A DNA stretch of 64,000 bases from Podarcis filfolensis (Eukaryota), in NCBI GenBank assembly GCA_964270895.1, contig OZ185447.1; one strand, given 5' to 3'. Under the pieces are notes generated by a model. That model did not search any database. It was given only the letters and a program-made list of their open reading frames with translations, and was not told where the DNA came from. A program made the translations under genes and the position numbers. Positions 46,601 through 59,487 of the stretch are shown piece by piece. Each line of letters starts with the position of its first letter. Position 1 is the first letter of the stretch.

Positions 46601-49600
46601 GGTGATCAAAGCATTTTCTGTGCCACAACCGGGCCTAAACCTGGTTAGTGAACTGAGTTAAACTACAGTTGTCTGTTTTGGGTGTAACAGGGAACTGTAG
46701 AGTAAGCTGAACTTAAACAAACCCAATGCAGATTATTTGTTGGTTGAAAAGGGAGACAATAACGTATTTGTTATTATTTGATTGCAGTGTTCCCATTTTC
46801 AAAGCTTCTACAAAGTGGTTGTGTTGTCTTTACAGTAAGAGGCAAATCTTAAATTAAGAAATAGATTCACAGAGTATTTATGAAATGTTACAGTAAAGGA
46901 AAGATATTTACAAATTAACAGCTTTTTCTCCAAGCATCCTTGTCCCTTGAATATTATGTTAAACTCTGGTCTGGGCTATGTGTGACATGTCTCTGTGTAA
47001 CGTAATGTATATCTCTGTGCATGTATGTATTTGTGTGTATTTCAGAATTTGGAAAACTGTTTCTCATAGATTTCACTTACTATGTGAAGAGATATATTCT
47101 ACAGTTACAAAACACCATATTTTCTCTGTGGACTTTTAAAAAAACCAATGTAGTTGTCATTTTTCTGAAACCTTGAAGAATAGTTCTAGCATCCCCTCCC
47201 TAGATATCAGGGGTTACCTCTTCTTAGTGTGCATTCATGTGTTGCATTGTTTTCTTCAGTGTTATCTGTAATACTGGTTGTTGAAAGTTTCAAGGAGTAT
47301 CAGTGTCAGTACTCATCACTGAACAAAGTTGATCAAGCCACTGTCCCATAGCACATAAAAAGTGGTATTGTGCATGCTTGGAAGTAAGCTTAACTCAGAT
47401 TAGTGGGAGCATCCAAGTACATTTCATACTGGATGGATAACAGAGTACAATCTTAAACCAACCAGTTTGTGTACCCAGAAGCAAGGAGCAAATTGGCATC
47501 AAGTGCCAGAGATATCTATAAACATAGTAGTATAAGAATTGAGGTTCAGTATTCTGTCAGTTGCCAGCCACATGCTCCAAGGAATTCCAAAAGCAAAACT
47601 TTAAGGTAGTATTTATTTAATAGGTATAATGTAATCTGCTTGTGGAAATCATTTCCCCATAACCACCTTTTTTCAGTACCATTTCACTGTAGCATTGTCT
47701 ATGGCACATGTGCAACTGCCGTACACTGACAGGCCACTGGTTTAACTAGCCCAGCATTGTCTACTGCAGCTCTCTGTTGTCCCAGTGGACCATTTGCATA
47801 CACAGCATATGCTGCACCACACTAAACTATGAGTCCTCCCATTAACCCAGGACCCACGCATACAAGTGAGATCTGCTGGGATGAAGCTGTCCGGAATGGC
47901 TAATTCCTTTTAATTGCTGTGGAAGTTCCAGAGCAGGGTTGGGTTTCCCCATTTGGGCTGCCAGGCTGTTTTCCCCAAACTATGTCCACCTGCCCCACAC
48001 CTGATGTAATATGTGATGTCAAGTGTGCAGGAGGCAAAGATGTGGCCACAGAAATCAGGATTGAACTACGTGTGCATCTTGCTTGATTTGTGTGCGCCAG
48101 CTTGGGATCCACCTCAGTGGTTTATTTTTCAGCTTTGCTTTTAGATGTTGCCAGGCTTCAATCATTTCCCCAGGAGATGATTAGTTATTATCAATAGTAT
48201 TTCTTAGAGTGGTGAATGGCACTATTTAGTGGGAAGAAACTCCAATGAAAATCCTCATTATTACATATTTTTACATGGCTGTTTTTTTGTTTATATTTTA
48301 AAATTTTATATATGGATGTTTTATGATGGCCTATATTTGTAATGCCTAATAAAGGCTTGGTGAAGTAAGTAGATTAGTTATTAATTCCCTATCCTTGTGA
48401 TCATTTGGAGATAATTTCTTGGAGTATCATCTGTGCAACAAGTTGAAACATCAAGAGTGTTCATGGAGGCATTCTGAGTTGCAGATACCAGATTATAGAA
48501 TTACTTATTCCTATTTGAGCTTGATCCCTTCTGCCTTCTATAGTGCTTATCTCCTCAAGCAAGCCATGTTAATGCAAAGAGAGTCTGAAAAGTCCATCCC
48601 CCCTTTCTCACTAATTCTCGCACCCACACATACTCTCCCTCTCTCACACACAATCCCTCCCAGTGTTAACTCTGGTGAAGAACATGGGATAATTGCAGAC
48701 TCTTAATCTTGGACAAAAACCTGTAACTTATCAAACTGCATCTCCCCCCTCTCAGCTGAGTTTGTGACAGTAACAATTAACTATGGATTGCTAGACCTCT
48801 GAGGGCAGCCCCCATTTGCCTCAGATGGCCTCAACTCTTTGTAATAAGACAGTGCTCTAGTGTCTGGAGCTTAGCTCACACAGTCAGTCCAGAGACCTAT
48901 GGTTCTCATAACAGTGCAAAACTTAAGAAGCAATGTTCTTTGTATAATGGAAAGTCCTTGAAACATTGTGGTGATAGCTAAGGAGTGAGTTTGCCACTCG
49001 GGATGAGGCAGACCTAATGACACGATCCAGGATATGAGGAGGAACAAGGCATAAGGAGTATTGTAGTGGATTTCCTGGTAAAAACACAAAGAGAAATGGT
49101 TGGACACAGTATTAAACATATTTTGGCTCAGCCTTGATTTTTATACTCATGGCAGGATCTTTCCAGACTGATTTGTTATGGGACATGGCAGCAAAAGTCT
49201 GGTGACTATTCTGTCCTTTACCCCTTATGAAATCAGTAATAATACCACAGGAAAGTTTTTATCTGTGAGAGTTGGTTACAGCACCTGCTAGAAAATGTTT
49301 ACCGTGGGGTACTGTGGGATTATTTGCTGCTGAAGACTTTATCTCTGACTAGTGTGAGGAGCAGCAGAAGAGAGTTGTAGAAATTAGTTTATAGCTAGCT
49401 CAAGCCAGTTTTAGAGTTGCTTAAATGAGCCTCTTCAAAAACAGTGTGCACTGTTGTATACTCAGTGCCAAGCTTTTTCGTAAAAAAAAAAAAAAAAAAA
49501 CACCACCCAGCAGAGAAATACAGCTGAGATCCCAATTGTGGGGGATGTTCCTGTTGATGCCTAGGAAGAATAACAACCTGCCTTGTCTCTACTTACAACA

Positions 49601-50607
49601 GAAATAATAAGATGCAATAAAAACAGCAAAGATACCTAGCCAGCAAATAAAACTTTTAACAGCAGTAGCAGTAAAATATATAACATGAGCAGAAGGATTA
49701 CATACCAATTATGGCAAGACCAAGCTATACAGTACCCCCTCAAAATCCATAAAGCCTTCCTAAGCATTAATTCTTAATTCCGTGGTGGAAGGCCAGCAAG
49801 CAGGAAACAAAAATCACTTTCTTGAGCCGGGGTGTTCCAAAGTCTGGGCCCGACACAAGAAAAAGCCCACTGACTCCTTCAAACCAAATGTCTGTTTGAA
49901 AGCAATGAAAGGTCTCTGTAGAGGACCTTTGTGTGTAGTCAGGCTCATACAGAAGGAAGTTACCCTTCACATATCCACTGTGCCCTTATGTAGTTACCTT
50001 TTTAATCTCCGAAAGAGCAGTAGATAGATATGACAGATATGTCATAATTAGTACATTTATCTGTCCTCTTCAATAGAACTCAAGATGGTGTTGCCAGGGA
50101 GGCTCCTACACAGGCACTGACTAGACATAAGAGTCGATCAGTTGCTGCATGAGGTGCCTTCAGGCCCTCATGTCTCCATAGCATCAGGACTATTAACCTC
50201 ACAGTTAATCAGAGCTCAGGCTGCATTTTGGCTTAACTTCAGAACTACCTTGTTGTTTTCAATCCACTTCACTTTGAAATATCAAATCCTTGACCTTTTC
50301 ACTTGGAGAAATATGCAGTATGTGGGGGCTTTCCTTCTGTTCCATACAGAAACTTCTTAATGATCTCCCTTAATGGAACTATTTAGTTGTTAGTGCAAAT
50401 AGGAGGAGAAAGTGAGGGTATTCTTGCAGTCCTTTCTCCTTCCACCATTTGCACATATAAATAAAGTACCCATTGACTTCCTCTTCAGCTGACTTTGCCT
50501 CCATGTATAGGCTCTTGGCATTACCTCCCAAACCACATGCACCACTACAAATATTTCCATGCTGTTGTGATTTGTATGCACGTCACCAATTTATTGTGAT
50601 TGTCCAG

Positions 50608-50634
50608 AGCCACTTGGAAAGCACTTAGCTGCAG
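50608..50634 (+). CDS. MAPT: Candidate 27-nt in-frame tau microexon (EPLGKHLAA)
   Basis: TGTCCAG| acceptor, CAG|GTAAGC donor, phase 1 to phase 1, no stop; unconfirmed. Confidence 0.3.
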
Positions 50635-51739
50635 GTAAGCAACTTCCATTTTTCTCTCTGTGCAGTTTTGGTTCTCTTGGACTTAGAATTATGGGGTGGG
50701 GGCTAGAGTAACTTTTCGTTGTAACCACAGCCTGCCTTTGTCTACTTCCTGGCTCATGATTCTTGTCCATTTACAACATTCAGTCATTAGGGCTGCCTCC
50801 TGATACAGGGGAGAAAATCAAGTCATCTTTATATCGTACAGGTATAAAGGAATTGATAAAAGTTCTGAAAAGTCTGTTATGTCAGCAGAGAGACTAAAAA
50901 AATGAGGTCCACAGTAACACTTTCTCAAATTATTCTCAGTAGACACTCTGCATGTTGCCCAAGCCCACATATCTAAGAACACCCCACATTCTTCCCCTCT
51001 TCAGACAGTAACATCTTTTGGGAGACTAAAGAGGCTCAGATCCTGAAGAAAATAGAGAATTATGTCCCCAAACGCTGCCACAATTCAAGCTCATTTTTGT
51101 CACTAAGTCCTTTATGCATAAATTGTAAGAGGTTGTGGATTCCTGCTCTTCTGGACGCCCTGTTACAAAAAGTAGATATCTACCTCTTGATTCTAAAAGT
51201 GGGAATTGGCAAATTCCTGACAACAGTGACCAACTGTGGTGATGAATGACTTATTTACCTTTACAGAATAAATTGCTCTGAACATTTTTTGTTTGCTTTC
51301 TTATGTAAAGAACCCCTTATTACTGTCATGCTCTAGTATTTGGAAGTGCACTTTCATGCAAAGCAAGGCATGGCCCACAAAATTCTTAAAATGGTAGTAG
51401 TAATGATCTGAACCTAGTAGTAAAAGGGGAAAAAATCTGTCATCTTTGGACTTCTTGATTTTTTGCTTTCGTTTTTGTTGTCAGTTGATGCACCTCACTG
51501 ATCAGTTGCTTTTAACAGTTTCACCTTAGTTGCTTTGATGCTGCCACTGAAACTTGAATTTGGCGTTTTCTAGTCCTGCCTTTTCTTGCTAATGCCTGAT
51601 ATTTCTGCTAGCTGACGGTCACATATGCATGCACACTCTTTGCATTATGAAGATGAATTCAAACACATTTTGCACCAAGGACAGGCCATACTCCAAAACT
51701 GATCTCCTTTTGCTGAGTGCTGAATGTGTGTATTTCCAG

Positions 51740-51826
51740 GCTCTCCCCTCCAGATACCAGTTGATGATGGATCTGATGAACCAGAGTCTGAGGCTTCTGA
51801 TGCTAAGAGTACCCCAACTGTGGAAG
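51740..51826 (+). CDS. MAPT: Tau exon 2 / N1 insert ([29 protein letters not shown])
   Basis: 87 nt as in mammals, AG/GT boundaries, phase 1-1; matches [28 protein letters not shown]. Confidence 0.98.
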
Positions 51827-54299
51827 GTGGGAACTCTTTGTCTCGTTACTTTGAAATTCACAGCAGTCAGCACTTTATTTTTTAGAAGTGCACAAATATG
51901 TTTCCCTCCCAAATAAGCAGAGACTTTCTTTCATTGTTGCTTCCAATTTTAAATTATCTGTATTTAGTTTTGACAGTTGCTGACACAAGAATCACAATAC
52001 ACATCTACACTCAGCCAAATAATATATTCAAGGACCTTGATAGGGTGTTAGATTTTGACATTCTTTTAACAGTTATTATCCAGTAAGAAATTAAACAGAA
52101 AAACTTTGTCAGCAGGAAGGCCCTTTCCAGCCCACTGAAGAAAATTCAGACTGTAGCCACTTTCTCTTAAGGCTCTATCTATACTACTGGTTTACTTGAT
52201 TTCACGAACTCTGGTCTTCCTACAGCATCTACACTGTAAATTTCTAAGCATAATAGGGATTTGTATTGTATGCAAGCTTAACTAGACTGATGTCTTACAT
52301 ACTGCAAACAAACTGATGATGTGCTAGTCATTTATGAGCAGAAAGAAATATTGTTCATTAATACATTATAATCTAGAAATCATTCTTGCGCACCACAGGT
52401 GAGTGGATGGGTAGTTTAAAACCTACTTGCATGGTTAAGAGTAGAATATACTGTTTGAAGTGGGATAAATTTCCACACTATAATTTAAAAGTTAGTCATG
52501 TGGCAGAATTCCAATTTCTCTCTCTCTGATTGTGCCACATTTGCCTGTTAAGCCCTTTAGCTTATCGAAATACATGCAAAATTGCACCCTTGAGTGAAGT
52601 TATTGTTCTCTCTTCTGTTCCTCGTCTAAACTGAGCACATTTGTAGCATAAGATTGACCTGAATCCAGTGCAATGGGAAAGTCTTAGGTGAGGATGGCCG
52701 AGTTACTCAACCTGATTTGGGAGTAGGCAAAATGTAGGTGACAAAAGTTGATAGGGGGGAAAGCCACGAAAATAATGCGAGTCAACTCTTGGCCAGAATG
52801 ACTCAAGGTAACCTGTAGTGTATGCATGTCCTTATTGGTATATTTAAAGCTACATCTCAAAAATATTGAAATGAAACTTGGTGGCGTTTTTTGTGGGAGA
52901 GAGGGAGAATTAAATTATTTTTCTCTTTTGGGCTGGAAATGCTCTTGAGGATTCAGATATCAAAAGTGTTCTACACTTATAACTACTTGTTCCATTAGAT
53001 ATTATTTTTTGGTAACACTAATCTGTGAAACCTGGCAACTAGAATCTTATAGATTGGGCATCTTGAAGAATCATTAAATCCATAAGGTAAGCAATTTTCT
53101 AAATGTTCTTTCGGTGACAACCAAATGCACACAATTTTGGCAACAAATATCAAAAGATTGAACAATACACAAAACTGAAGCAAATTTATTTGTAACCATA
53201 TCCTTAGAACATCATCAAACAGAAATATTTTGAAGGATATCAGACATTTTGGCATCAGTAGCGTTACGGAAATCAACAAAAAAGGGGAAAGATCTTGTAA
53301 AAATTATTCACTCTTTAGCTGAAGAAGGACAATGGATCTATGTGCCAGTTCTTTGAAAAGGGCCAAAATAGCTAACATAATAATAGTTTATCACTTGTTT
53401 CTCTGGGCTCCTTTGGGAGCAAGGGCAGAATATAAATTTAATAAGTAAGCCAGTCAAGTCAACTTTGCTGTCCCTAGATCTCTTCTCTCAGAAAAAAAAT
53501 GGAGGTGAAAGTAAAAAAAAAAAATCTCCCATTGTACTCCCATTGTCTGTCTCATTGTTTGTCCTGTCTATGTTCTGTCTCTTGTTTTGCTTGAGTGAAA
53601 AACGTGGGTTAAGGAGTTGGTAGTGGAGCATTAATTGTATACTCTGTAACTTGCCATGAGTGGTAAGTTAAGGCCTTTAACACCACTGACCTACCCAAGA
53701 AAACAGACACTGCACATGCTTGGGAAGTTTCTGGTGTCATGTTTCTGACACCAGGCTTAGTGGTGAACCCTCTGTTCTTTGTATGGCCACTTTCCTATTC
53801 TGATCACCCATAAACACAAACCTATGCCACATGTGCCAGGGCTCAGTTTAGGTATCCCCTTTATCTGGAAGAAGCAAAAATGAGTCCATGAAAGTCTGCC
53901 ACCTACAAACCTCTGGATGACTCCATGAGCTGACAAGTAAACATGGGGGTGAGGAGAACTACACATTTTAACTTCAAGGAGGTGGAATGAATTGAACAAG
54001 GGTTTTGGATGTGAGCTTCAGGTTCAAATTCCTTTTCAAGCTTGCAGTTTGTGTGGCTTTGAGCAATAATTAGTATGCAGGTTTATATCCCAAACCTTTT
54101 AGGTTTAATTGGCTCTTGTTTCTGGATGCAAACCCCATCCTCATCTCATCTGAAGAAAACATGGTACATGACTGCCTTTGAGTTGCCATCTTTTACAGCA
54201 GGCTATTACTTCATTTTCTTCAAGTAGCTAATATCTGAAGAATTTTGTTTTTCAGTGCTTTTAATGTGACAGTTGCTTCATTTTGCCTTTTTGTTTCAG

Positions 54300-54386
54300 A
54301 TGCTACTGCTCCATTAGTGGAGGAGAGAGTGCATGAGAATCGAAATGCAACTCGCCAGCATGCAGAGATACCTGAAGGAAATACAG
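54300..54386 (+). CDS. MAPT: Tau exon 3 / N2 insert (DATAPLVEERVHENRNATRQHAEIPEGNT)
   Basis: 87 nt, strong acceptor, CAG|GTGAGG donor; matches DVTAPLVDE...EIPEGTT. Confidence 0.98.
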
Positions 54387-55184
54387 GTGAGGCCTCTTAG
54401 GAAGAAAATGGTATGAAGAAAAGATTGAAATAGGGCCTCTTCACACAGGACCAAATTCCTTCCTAGTATGTTTAGTATATATGTGCTTTGCATTAGTTAT
54501 TAATAACACACACCCCTACAAATTAAACTATTAAAGATCCATGTGAGAAGACATCTTTTGCTGTGTTTTAAGGGGAGATCTCAATATTTATACATGTGTG
54601 CACCATTTATAACTGATGCAAAATTTATGTATTCTGTTTGTGTATATGTATGTATCATAGTTACATCCCCCTCTTACTTTATAAAGCTCTGAGTCAGTTT
54701 ACATGAGGCTCCAAATGATCAGGTGCACACTTGCTTAATTTGAGCACCATTGCTACAGCAGCGTCCTCCATACCATTTACTGTTATGCATTCCCTGCTTC
54801 CCTGAGTGAGAAAAAGTACAGGGCAGGACTACAGAGTTTCATTTCTGAAACAAGAGAACACAGTATACTTACAATGTGTCTGTAATGTTTGTTCTTCTTT
54901 GCAGTCACACAAGTGGGTTGTGTACCTGTAGGGAGCAACATCTCAAAAAATAAAATAAAATAGTGCTTCAGAAAGCAGGAGCTGGCCCTTGCTCTCTTTT
55001 CTTAAATGAGTGGATCTTAAGCTATGAATGACTCTCAGGAGACAGGCAAGTTCCTGTCCAGTTGTTGTTGTTTTTTGGTTGTTGCCTGAACAGCATCATA
55101 GAACATATTATCCTTTTGAGATTTTGGGAGGGTTTTTTCCTTACTTTTCTCTCAGAATTAATCCAGACAGTAGTTCAGTTTTGT

Positions 55185-55382
55185 GGTTACATTCAGTGTC
55201 AGAGTAGACCCATAGAAACTAATGGACATGACTGACTTAGTTGAATGCAGCCCATTGAAATTAATAAACCTAAGTCCTACTCAAAATAGACCCATTGAAA
55301 TGAGTGAATCAACTCTGAGTAGGACTAACATTGAGTACTACCCAGTGGGCCATCTAAGAGTAAAATTTAGCTGGATACAACC
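55185..55382. mobile_element. Palindromic MITE(s) (GGTTGTA family), duplicated core
   Basis: Two AGA(G/A)TAGACCCAT-like cores (about 55201 and 55284) and the right TIR CTGGATACAACC. Confidence 0.6.
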
Positions 55383-57478
55383 ACTTCTTTGTACACATTA
55401 TCATTCCTTTCCTTTGTTCAGTGACTGCTAAGTTCCAGGTTTTCTCCTGATTCACCCTACCCTAGGGCTGGCATTAACTAGGTGAGATACGCAAAGTAGT
55501 TTTGTGCTCTCTTGGTTTTATGCACACTAGGTAAGCATGCAGGAAAGGAGCCTCTCATCTAAATGCCTCATCTGACAGTGTGCTTTTATAGGCCTTTGAT
55601 ATCAACAAGTGGTCTAAAGATGATCATGAAGCTGCTTTTTGTTCCACCCTCCTATATCTATATCTGGAAAAAATACTTTGGCTTTCTGTTTGGATTTTCA
55701 TATGCTAACAAAGTCTTTGAAAGGACATGCCTATTTTTTCTCAATATATTTATTTTTGGCCAACATACACTGTTGAATTGACTTGCCAGTTTAGGAGACG
55801 TGGTTTTTTATCTCTCTTTCATTCTGACACCTTAGCCCGTTTGCACTCCCCTATTGAAGGGACAAGTCACAATTCAGCAGCACTTTCATAGGCTACACCT
55901 TTGCCAGAGCTCTGCCAATCAGCTACCTGATCTACTTCATCAACTTTTATCACAGACCATGCTAGCTATATCAGGGCCAGGGCAAATACAACCCTTAGGA
56001 GAGTCAGCCTACATAACTGGTTCAATTGAGCTGCCTCCATCCACCTTCGGGTAGGTCATCTTGGTAATCTCCATATATGTGACTGTGTGGAGCCCACGAA
56101 TAAAAAGTCAAATTACTTCATGAGTGGGATAGCACTTGCTTGTCCCTTGAGGCATAAGCATCATGCAGGGTCTGCCCACTCAAGGGAGAAAGCCAGTGTG
56201 AGCTCCTGAATTTCTAAAACTCTAGACATTTTTGAGATGTTGCTTTGTGCAGATGCAGAATCCGTATGTTCTGATTGCACAGAAGACCACTTAAACATTA
56301 GTTACAAGCAAACAACTTGTCTTTCCATTTACAAATATAGAAGTGGCCTGGAAGCAGTTGACTGCTACAACAGGAAAAGCAGTGATCATCAGTTTTCTAA
56401 AAAGAACAACTACTTATGCCCCTATAAATCCCTTTAATTTCTCCCCATTTGATGATTTAAATTTAACTAAATTTGCAGCATTCTCTCTAAATTCAGACCC
56501 AGTATAAACAGTTTCTCTGCTCTTCCTGCTAGCTCTGATTTGTGTCATATTCCACAGGCTGGTTTGGAGGAGAGAGATTTTCAGACCATTAAGGAAAATA
56601 TCCCCAGTGACTAGGGAAGATTAATGTTCATTTGACAAATCCCTAACCCCATCAAGTGACACTGTAGGCAGCAGCAATAATGATAGACTCAATAAAAATA
56701 ATCAAGGCAGTTCAAGCTCATAACAATATTGTAAAAAACAGCCCCTGGAGACAGTCCTCAAGTTATGAAACAAATAACTTAGCCTTGTAAAATATGTTCC
56801 ATTAAAAACCAAGATAAATGGGCAGATCAATCTTAATCATACCTTATGGAGGAAGCAGGGACTTGGGACTTGAAGAGCCCCCCCAAGGGAATTTGGGGGT
56901 GGGGGGATTGACCAATTCTATAGGTGTGCTACACTTTGCTCTATGACTTTGTGAAGGCATGCACTAAATCTGAGGTTGAAGGAAAAAAATCAAAAAGCTG
57001 CTTGTACCTCCTAGATATGCTTGCTCCCATTGTTCTAAATGAGTATAGCCAAACCTAGGTCTGCATAGTATCAGGCTGTTAACCATTTTGTAGGGAAGGA
57101 TACTCTCACTTTTGAGAAACTTCAAAATAAATTCATTGCAATATATATGGTCAGATTTATTTTATTTTATTTATTTGTTTATTTTTTAGTAAGATTCTAT
57201 TTTATAAAAGCTGTCAATTTTACTACATCCTTCTCCAAGCTCTGGACATAATTCACTGCTGAATATGGCTCAAGAGTAGATCAGTGCTGATTTGTTCGAG
57301 AGGGGATGTTTCTATCCATTTCATCCCATTTTCATTTAAATGTGCTGCCATTCAGGTTCAATATATTTTATTCCTCTGATATTAAACAAAATTAAGTAAA
57401 ACTGGTAAGAAGGTTAGAGGCATTTGTACCATTTTTAATGTTGAAACCATTTTCCCATCCTTGACTTGAAAAATGTAG

Positions 57479-57541
57479 CTGAGGAAGCAGACTTAGGCTC
57501 TACTTCTAGCCTTGAAGACCATGCTGCGGGGGATGCTCAAG
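57479..57541 (+). CDS. MAPT: Tau exon 4 (AEEADLGSTSSLEDHAAGDAQ)
   Basis: 63 nt, phase 1-1, donor AAG|GTAAGT; matches [22 protein letters not shown]. Confidence 0.97.
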
Positions 57542-58019
57542 GTAAGTACAGTATTGTTGCTCTGCAGAACTTAAAATGCTAAGCTCTGGACTGCTGGGTC
57601 GGGATGGAAGTTACAATCAGATAGAAATAATATTTGGTGTGTTGCGTCCTTTTTTATAGCCCACAAATATTAGCAATCCTGCTTTTATTTTTATGGTTGA
57701 ATCCCCTATTTTCATTTTTGCTGGGTTCTGCAATTGCTGTTACCATGAAGGAAAGTATCTTGGAATCCTTATACTTCCATCATCTTTTGTGCTGCACTGT
57801 TTTATTAAGGAAATTAATGGAACTTAGTACAGTACAGACAATACTGCAATACCCCTTATTAAATCAGTGATTGGTCTTGTTTGGGAATTACCATAAACCA
57901 TTGTATTTCATTAGTGAAATGAACCACAGCAAGTCTTGGGTTTTCACACTCCTCTGGCATGGTTAGGAAGAGTTTAAAAAAAAATTCTGTCCATTTGAAC
58001 TGACTGCAGTTAAGCAATA

Positions 58020-58248
58020 CGGTGGTACCTTGGGTTACATATGCTTCAGGTTACAGACTCCGCTAACCCAGAAATAGTACCTCGAGTTAAGAACTTTGCT
58101 TCAGGATGAGAACAGAAATCGTGCAGTGGTGCCGTGGCAGCAGCATCGGGAGGCCCCATTAGCTAAAGTGGTGCTTCAGGTTAAGAACAGTTTCAGGTTA
58201 AGAACGGACCTCCAGAACGAATTAAGTACGTAACCAGAGGTACCACTG
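58020..58248 (-). mobile_element. Tc1/mariner (pogo/Tigger-like) MITE
   Basis: TA-flanked reverse-complement copy of the 10865 element. Confidence 0.93.
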
Positions 58249-59487
58249 TATGTTCAAATCAAGACAAATTGTGGTTTGTTAATTCTGTTCAGTTGAAACC
58301 AGCATACTTCAAACAATAGTCTGTGATGCTGGCTTTTTTCAACTAATTAAAGTTAAGATAAAATACAGTTAAGGTTTGGGATGCAGTGTTCAACTGTGGT
58401 TAATTGAAATCAAAAGTCAAAGCTCCCTGTCTCCTCCTTACAGCCAAACTGGAGGGGAAGGGGGAGTCATTAGCTTGAGGCTAATGCATAGAACAAATCA
58501 TTGTTAAACCATTGTTTATTGTGGAGGCCATTTACCTTCCCTACTGTTTTAGAATTTTAGCAACATGCCTCAAAAAAGATAGTAGAGAACTAGTAAAAAG
58601 TACAGGAAAGGGAGGTGGATGGTGGTGATTGAGTGTGGTGGAACGCTGCCATTGTGGCCCTAAAGCTGTGAACTTTTTTTTTTTTTTAGCATGCCTTTTA
58701 TAACCCAAAATAACAGAAATACATTTAGTACTATAGTGATAAAGGCCATGAGTGAATAAGATTACAGAATAATGATAGATGTTATGAAAATGAAAGTTTT
58801 CAGGTAATTAACCTACAGATCTAATTTTTGAATTACTTCAACAAACTGGTTGAAGTAACTCTTGAAAATGGGAAGAAATATGTGTATGTCTTGTAGAACT
58901 GTTTTGATAATAGAGGTGTATTTTTTTATACATCCAGTATCAGCCTCTATTATTTTGCAATATTTGATAGATTTTATAAGTTAAATGCTTGTGTTTGTGT
59001 TTCATTATCGTAACTCACATTTGAGAAGTACAATATTGTGATCTCAAACAGATTAGGAGTTCTGAGGACTACTTTTAGGCTAACCAAAGTAGAGTTGACT
59101 ATAGCAAATGGTGCTGTGGTATTCAGTTTTGCTCTTTTAATGATATTCTCTCAAATATTTATAATTAATTTAGTAGTGTTCCAAAAATGGCTTTGTATTG
59201 ATATAAACATGCTAACTTCTTACTGTGCTTAATGCCCTTCTTGTATACCTTAATAGAACTGCATACCTCAGTATTGCTGAGGAGAGTGGAACCAAGAATT
59301 TAGGAACACATTGCAAATGGGTTAAGAATGAAATCACTCAAAATCCAAATTAGCTTGTTTATCTGAGCACCTATGAAATCATCCAAGGCATATTATAGCT
59401 ACCCTCACATTTCCTAGAATTTACTCCCTTTGTGGGAGATCATGGGCTAGAGATTTGGGGGGGGGGGGAGAATCTCTGCATCACTAG

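Noticed and set aside
52688-52807. 120-nt phase 1-1 segment ending ACTCAAG|GTAACC
   Set aside because: In-frame TAG at 52735-52737 and a purine-rich, poor acceptor.
55956-56050. 95-nt AG/GT segment between exons 3 and 4
   Set aside because: Not frame-preserving and contains a stop in the tau phase.
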